Shown piece by piece: positions 61,351 through 64,000 of a DNA stretch of 64,000 nt (position 1 is its first letter; each line of letters opens with the position of its first letter). The position numbers were made by a program, and so were the translations under genes. The notes below the pieces were generated by a model. It searched no databases. It was not told the DNA's origin and saw only the letters and a list, made by a program, of their open reading frames with translations. Source of the DNA: Tubulanus polymorphus (taxonomy: Eukaryota > Animalia > Nemertea); assembly GCF_964204645.1 (NCBI RefSeq), contig NC_134030.1:3080778-3144777 (forward strand). Direction: 5' to 3'.

Positions 61351-63848
61351 GAATATGACGATAATAAATTCACGGCTAAGACGCGAAAAAAAAAATCAGT
61401 TCGTTACGACGGATTTCGCGGATTTTGTAACTGATAGAATAAAATGGATCCGCATGACGAGTGATGATGATCCATTGTTGAGAATTAGAGACACAGTTAT
61501 ACAGAATGATGTTGTTTCTATATCGCAGACACGCACACTGCGCTGTTCGTATCAATCAGGCTTATATTCATTTTCCTGTTCGCAGTTCCACCACACCCGG
61601 ATTAAAACGCGAGAGCAATTCATCTTCACTCGAGGAATCTCTGTGTTTTTTGTCGTGTTTGCTCTGCTTCGCACGTAAGGGTTTATTCCAAGAGGTATAT
61701 TATATACATCCACTTCATTAGTTTTGTTTATATACGCATAAAAAAGTCTAACGCTTCTTACGTAAGATCAAGAATGCCGTAAGTGTAAAATGACTGTTTT
61801 AGGATATTTGCATTTTAAATTCAAAGATTCTACAATAAATCAGTCTTTGCTTTTAGAGGATATCCACAATCCTCTCTATATTGCTAAATTTCGAACAATA
61901 AATAGACATCTTTCCTTCGAGGACCCACTTGCCAAAAATGCAAAAGAAAACTTTTCGTACGAAAAGAGTATTTAGATCTTATGAAAAAAATATTCATTTT
62001 TTCATCTCGTCACCTCCGGGTCTCAGTATACATGTCGTTAAATCATGCTAAACGATTAAAATCCCCACAAATTTTCGAGCCAACGTCTTTTTCCACCAAA
62101 GAACAGACGCTGATAGGAGGGATTATTCGTCGGTTTGGGGTCCATCGATCAGTAATCCGGTTCGCATTACTTCAGGTCGCAAGCAGCCACGTAGATGACA
62201 TCATTTATTCATGAGGTAAGAATGTATGTAAACAAAATGAGCGAAACATCGGCGGTCGTGATTACCGGGACTTTGCCTCTACTGCTGACAGTCTGATCTC
62301 TGATCGCTGGTAATCATCTCCGAGGTTACGTATGCCAACAAAATATTAAGATGGAAAATGTCGAATTGATAGGAGACGATCGACGACGAAAATCGAATTG
62401 AAACAATTTTCTAAGAAGAAATAACATAAGCGCATGTAGTTTACTGTTTAGCTTGCTTCGGATCTTGGTTTCTTTCTTAAGATTAACTTTATTGGACTCG
62501 CGATAGAACCGCGGCCCGCACAGCACTGTGATCACCAAACGGGGACTAGAACCCGCCTGCCACTCAGCAATCACAGTGAATGCAACAGCGCCTTGTGATG
62601 TATATCGATATTTTATTGGAATTAAGTTTTGTATTTTTTTTTTCTAGTTCGAATACACTCATGTGAACCACTACTAGAGTCGAAGACCCGCTGTATCATC
62701 TACCCAATCGCCAAATCTCATCATTCCCCAAATTTCTTAAAACTTCGATTTCAAATTTGCAATTCCACATTAGCTTAGCCCAGAAATTATAAATTTTTTT
62801 CGCAGGCGTCAAATAATTTTCTAAAATTAATTTTCTTGTTTCTAGTTCGAATACACTCATGTGATATTGATCACCTTATCACACTTGGCAACTGCGTTTA
62901 TTACATCATCTCATCGAAATGTTTATAGTCATTTTTATATATACAGTTTCAGTTTCAAATAATGAGCAGCAATGAGTTTGGATTTAACACAATAGAATTT
63001 AAACTATTTTAAAAATGAAGAGTTAAAACTGTTTCATTCGCAAGTCCTGGATATTACCTAAAAGTACCACGGTATGTGTGAGTCTCTTTCTTCCTTAAAC
63101 CCGATACACTCGTTGCGCCACTCTCCACGAGATCGCGTGTTAGATTTGCCAATATCGGCAAGAAGAGAAATTCGAGTTCAAATTTCCGATAATTAAATAC
63201 AGCCGAACCTCGTATGTAACCAGTCAACTAGAGCGCTTTAAAGTAAAAATTTAGCGCATTTCCGAACGGTAAACTTCGTCGAAAACATCGCCTAGGGATG
63301 AATAACGAAACGACGATGTTGTTGCCGCTGCCGCTGTTGCTGCTGTTGCTGCTGCCGCTGCTGCTCATGGAACGAATTCAATTTAAAAGTCTAGTATACA
63401 CGAAATCGACAATATGTCAAACATTTGCACGTTCAAGTGGATGAATTCATCTTGAAATAGTTGCAGTACAACAGAACGGCGAATAAATGATGTTAACAGT
63501 GTTTCCTTTGATTTGAATAGCAACATCGAATTTCATCATTACGTCACAGAAATGTGGCGAAGTCCTCGTTTGTACGAGAAGAGATGTTTATAGTCGATTC
63601 AACTAATTGACCGTAAGTGAAATAAGTCAATTAGAATAAATAAGTGGCTGGCTATTCATTCTAGAACCTGATTACGTAACGAAGTAGATTGAGACTATTC
63701 ACAGTCTATGAGGTACGTATACATGAAAAAGCTCGACGTATCATAGGGACGCTATAGTTCGTAGCAGGGAAAAGGTACATCTAGAAGGTCAGGTTTGACA
63801 GACCGTTTTTTAAAGTTGGCAAGAGTTGGCAACCATTGAATATAATGG

Positions 63849-63892
63849 TGACGTCACGTCACGTGCACGGTGCTAACTGACGTCACTTCCGG
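63849..63892. promoter_or_regulatory. CRE/E-box/ETS motif cluster, candidate promoter
   Basis: TGACGTCA (63849), CACGTG (63860) and TGACGTCACTTCCGG (63878) within 44 bp. Confidence 0.5.
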
Positions 63893-64000
63893 TTCCATAG
63901 TTGGACTGATTTTCAAAACTTTAATCATAGAATCTCAATTTACGGTTTTTTCTTAAATATTTACATTTTGATTTGCAAATTACAGCAAGGAATCGTGGCA

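Noticed and set aside
63315-63443. Signal-peptide-like ORF MLLPLPLLLLLLLP
   Set aside because: Product of a (GCT/GCC)n microsatellite; ends at a stop after about 42 codons
1-64000. Autonomous transposon, viral or bacterial insert
   Set aside because: No transposase, RT, integrase or operon-like ORF recognised; all elements seen are short and non-autonomous

Overview
AT-rich, intron-rich eukaryotic DNA, most likely from an invertebrate animal; no prokaryotic features and no CRISPR. I assembled three spliced genes by hand from splice sites and reading frames. (1) Minus strand, about 2.0-7.6 kb: the 5' half of STARD3/MLN64 (MENTAL domain plus FFAT-like linker; I found no START exons, so they probably lie left of the window). 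It is built from short exons that the ORF track misses entirely. (2) Plus strand, 8275-36162: a 10-exon, 463-aa cell-surface protein with signal peptide, 3 Ig domains, 1 FN3 domain, a Pro/Thr stalk and a GPI signal (Klingon/Wrapper-type architecture), head-to-head with STARD3 and followed by a probable 3.3-kb 3' UTR. (3) Minus strand, 40489 to at least 49576: an unrecognised gene ending in a 576-codon low-complexity exon, convergent with gene 2; its 5' end is unresolved, with a possible promoter near 63.85 kb. Introns and UTRs hold many small non-autonomous elements: a piggyBac-type MITE family, several Harbinger-type families (some nested), Tc1/mariner-type MITEs, tRNA-derived SINE relics, minisatellites derived from these, and Penelope-type relics with minimal hammerhead-ribozyme cores. 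Family assignments come from recalled motifs, not database searches.
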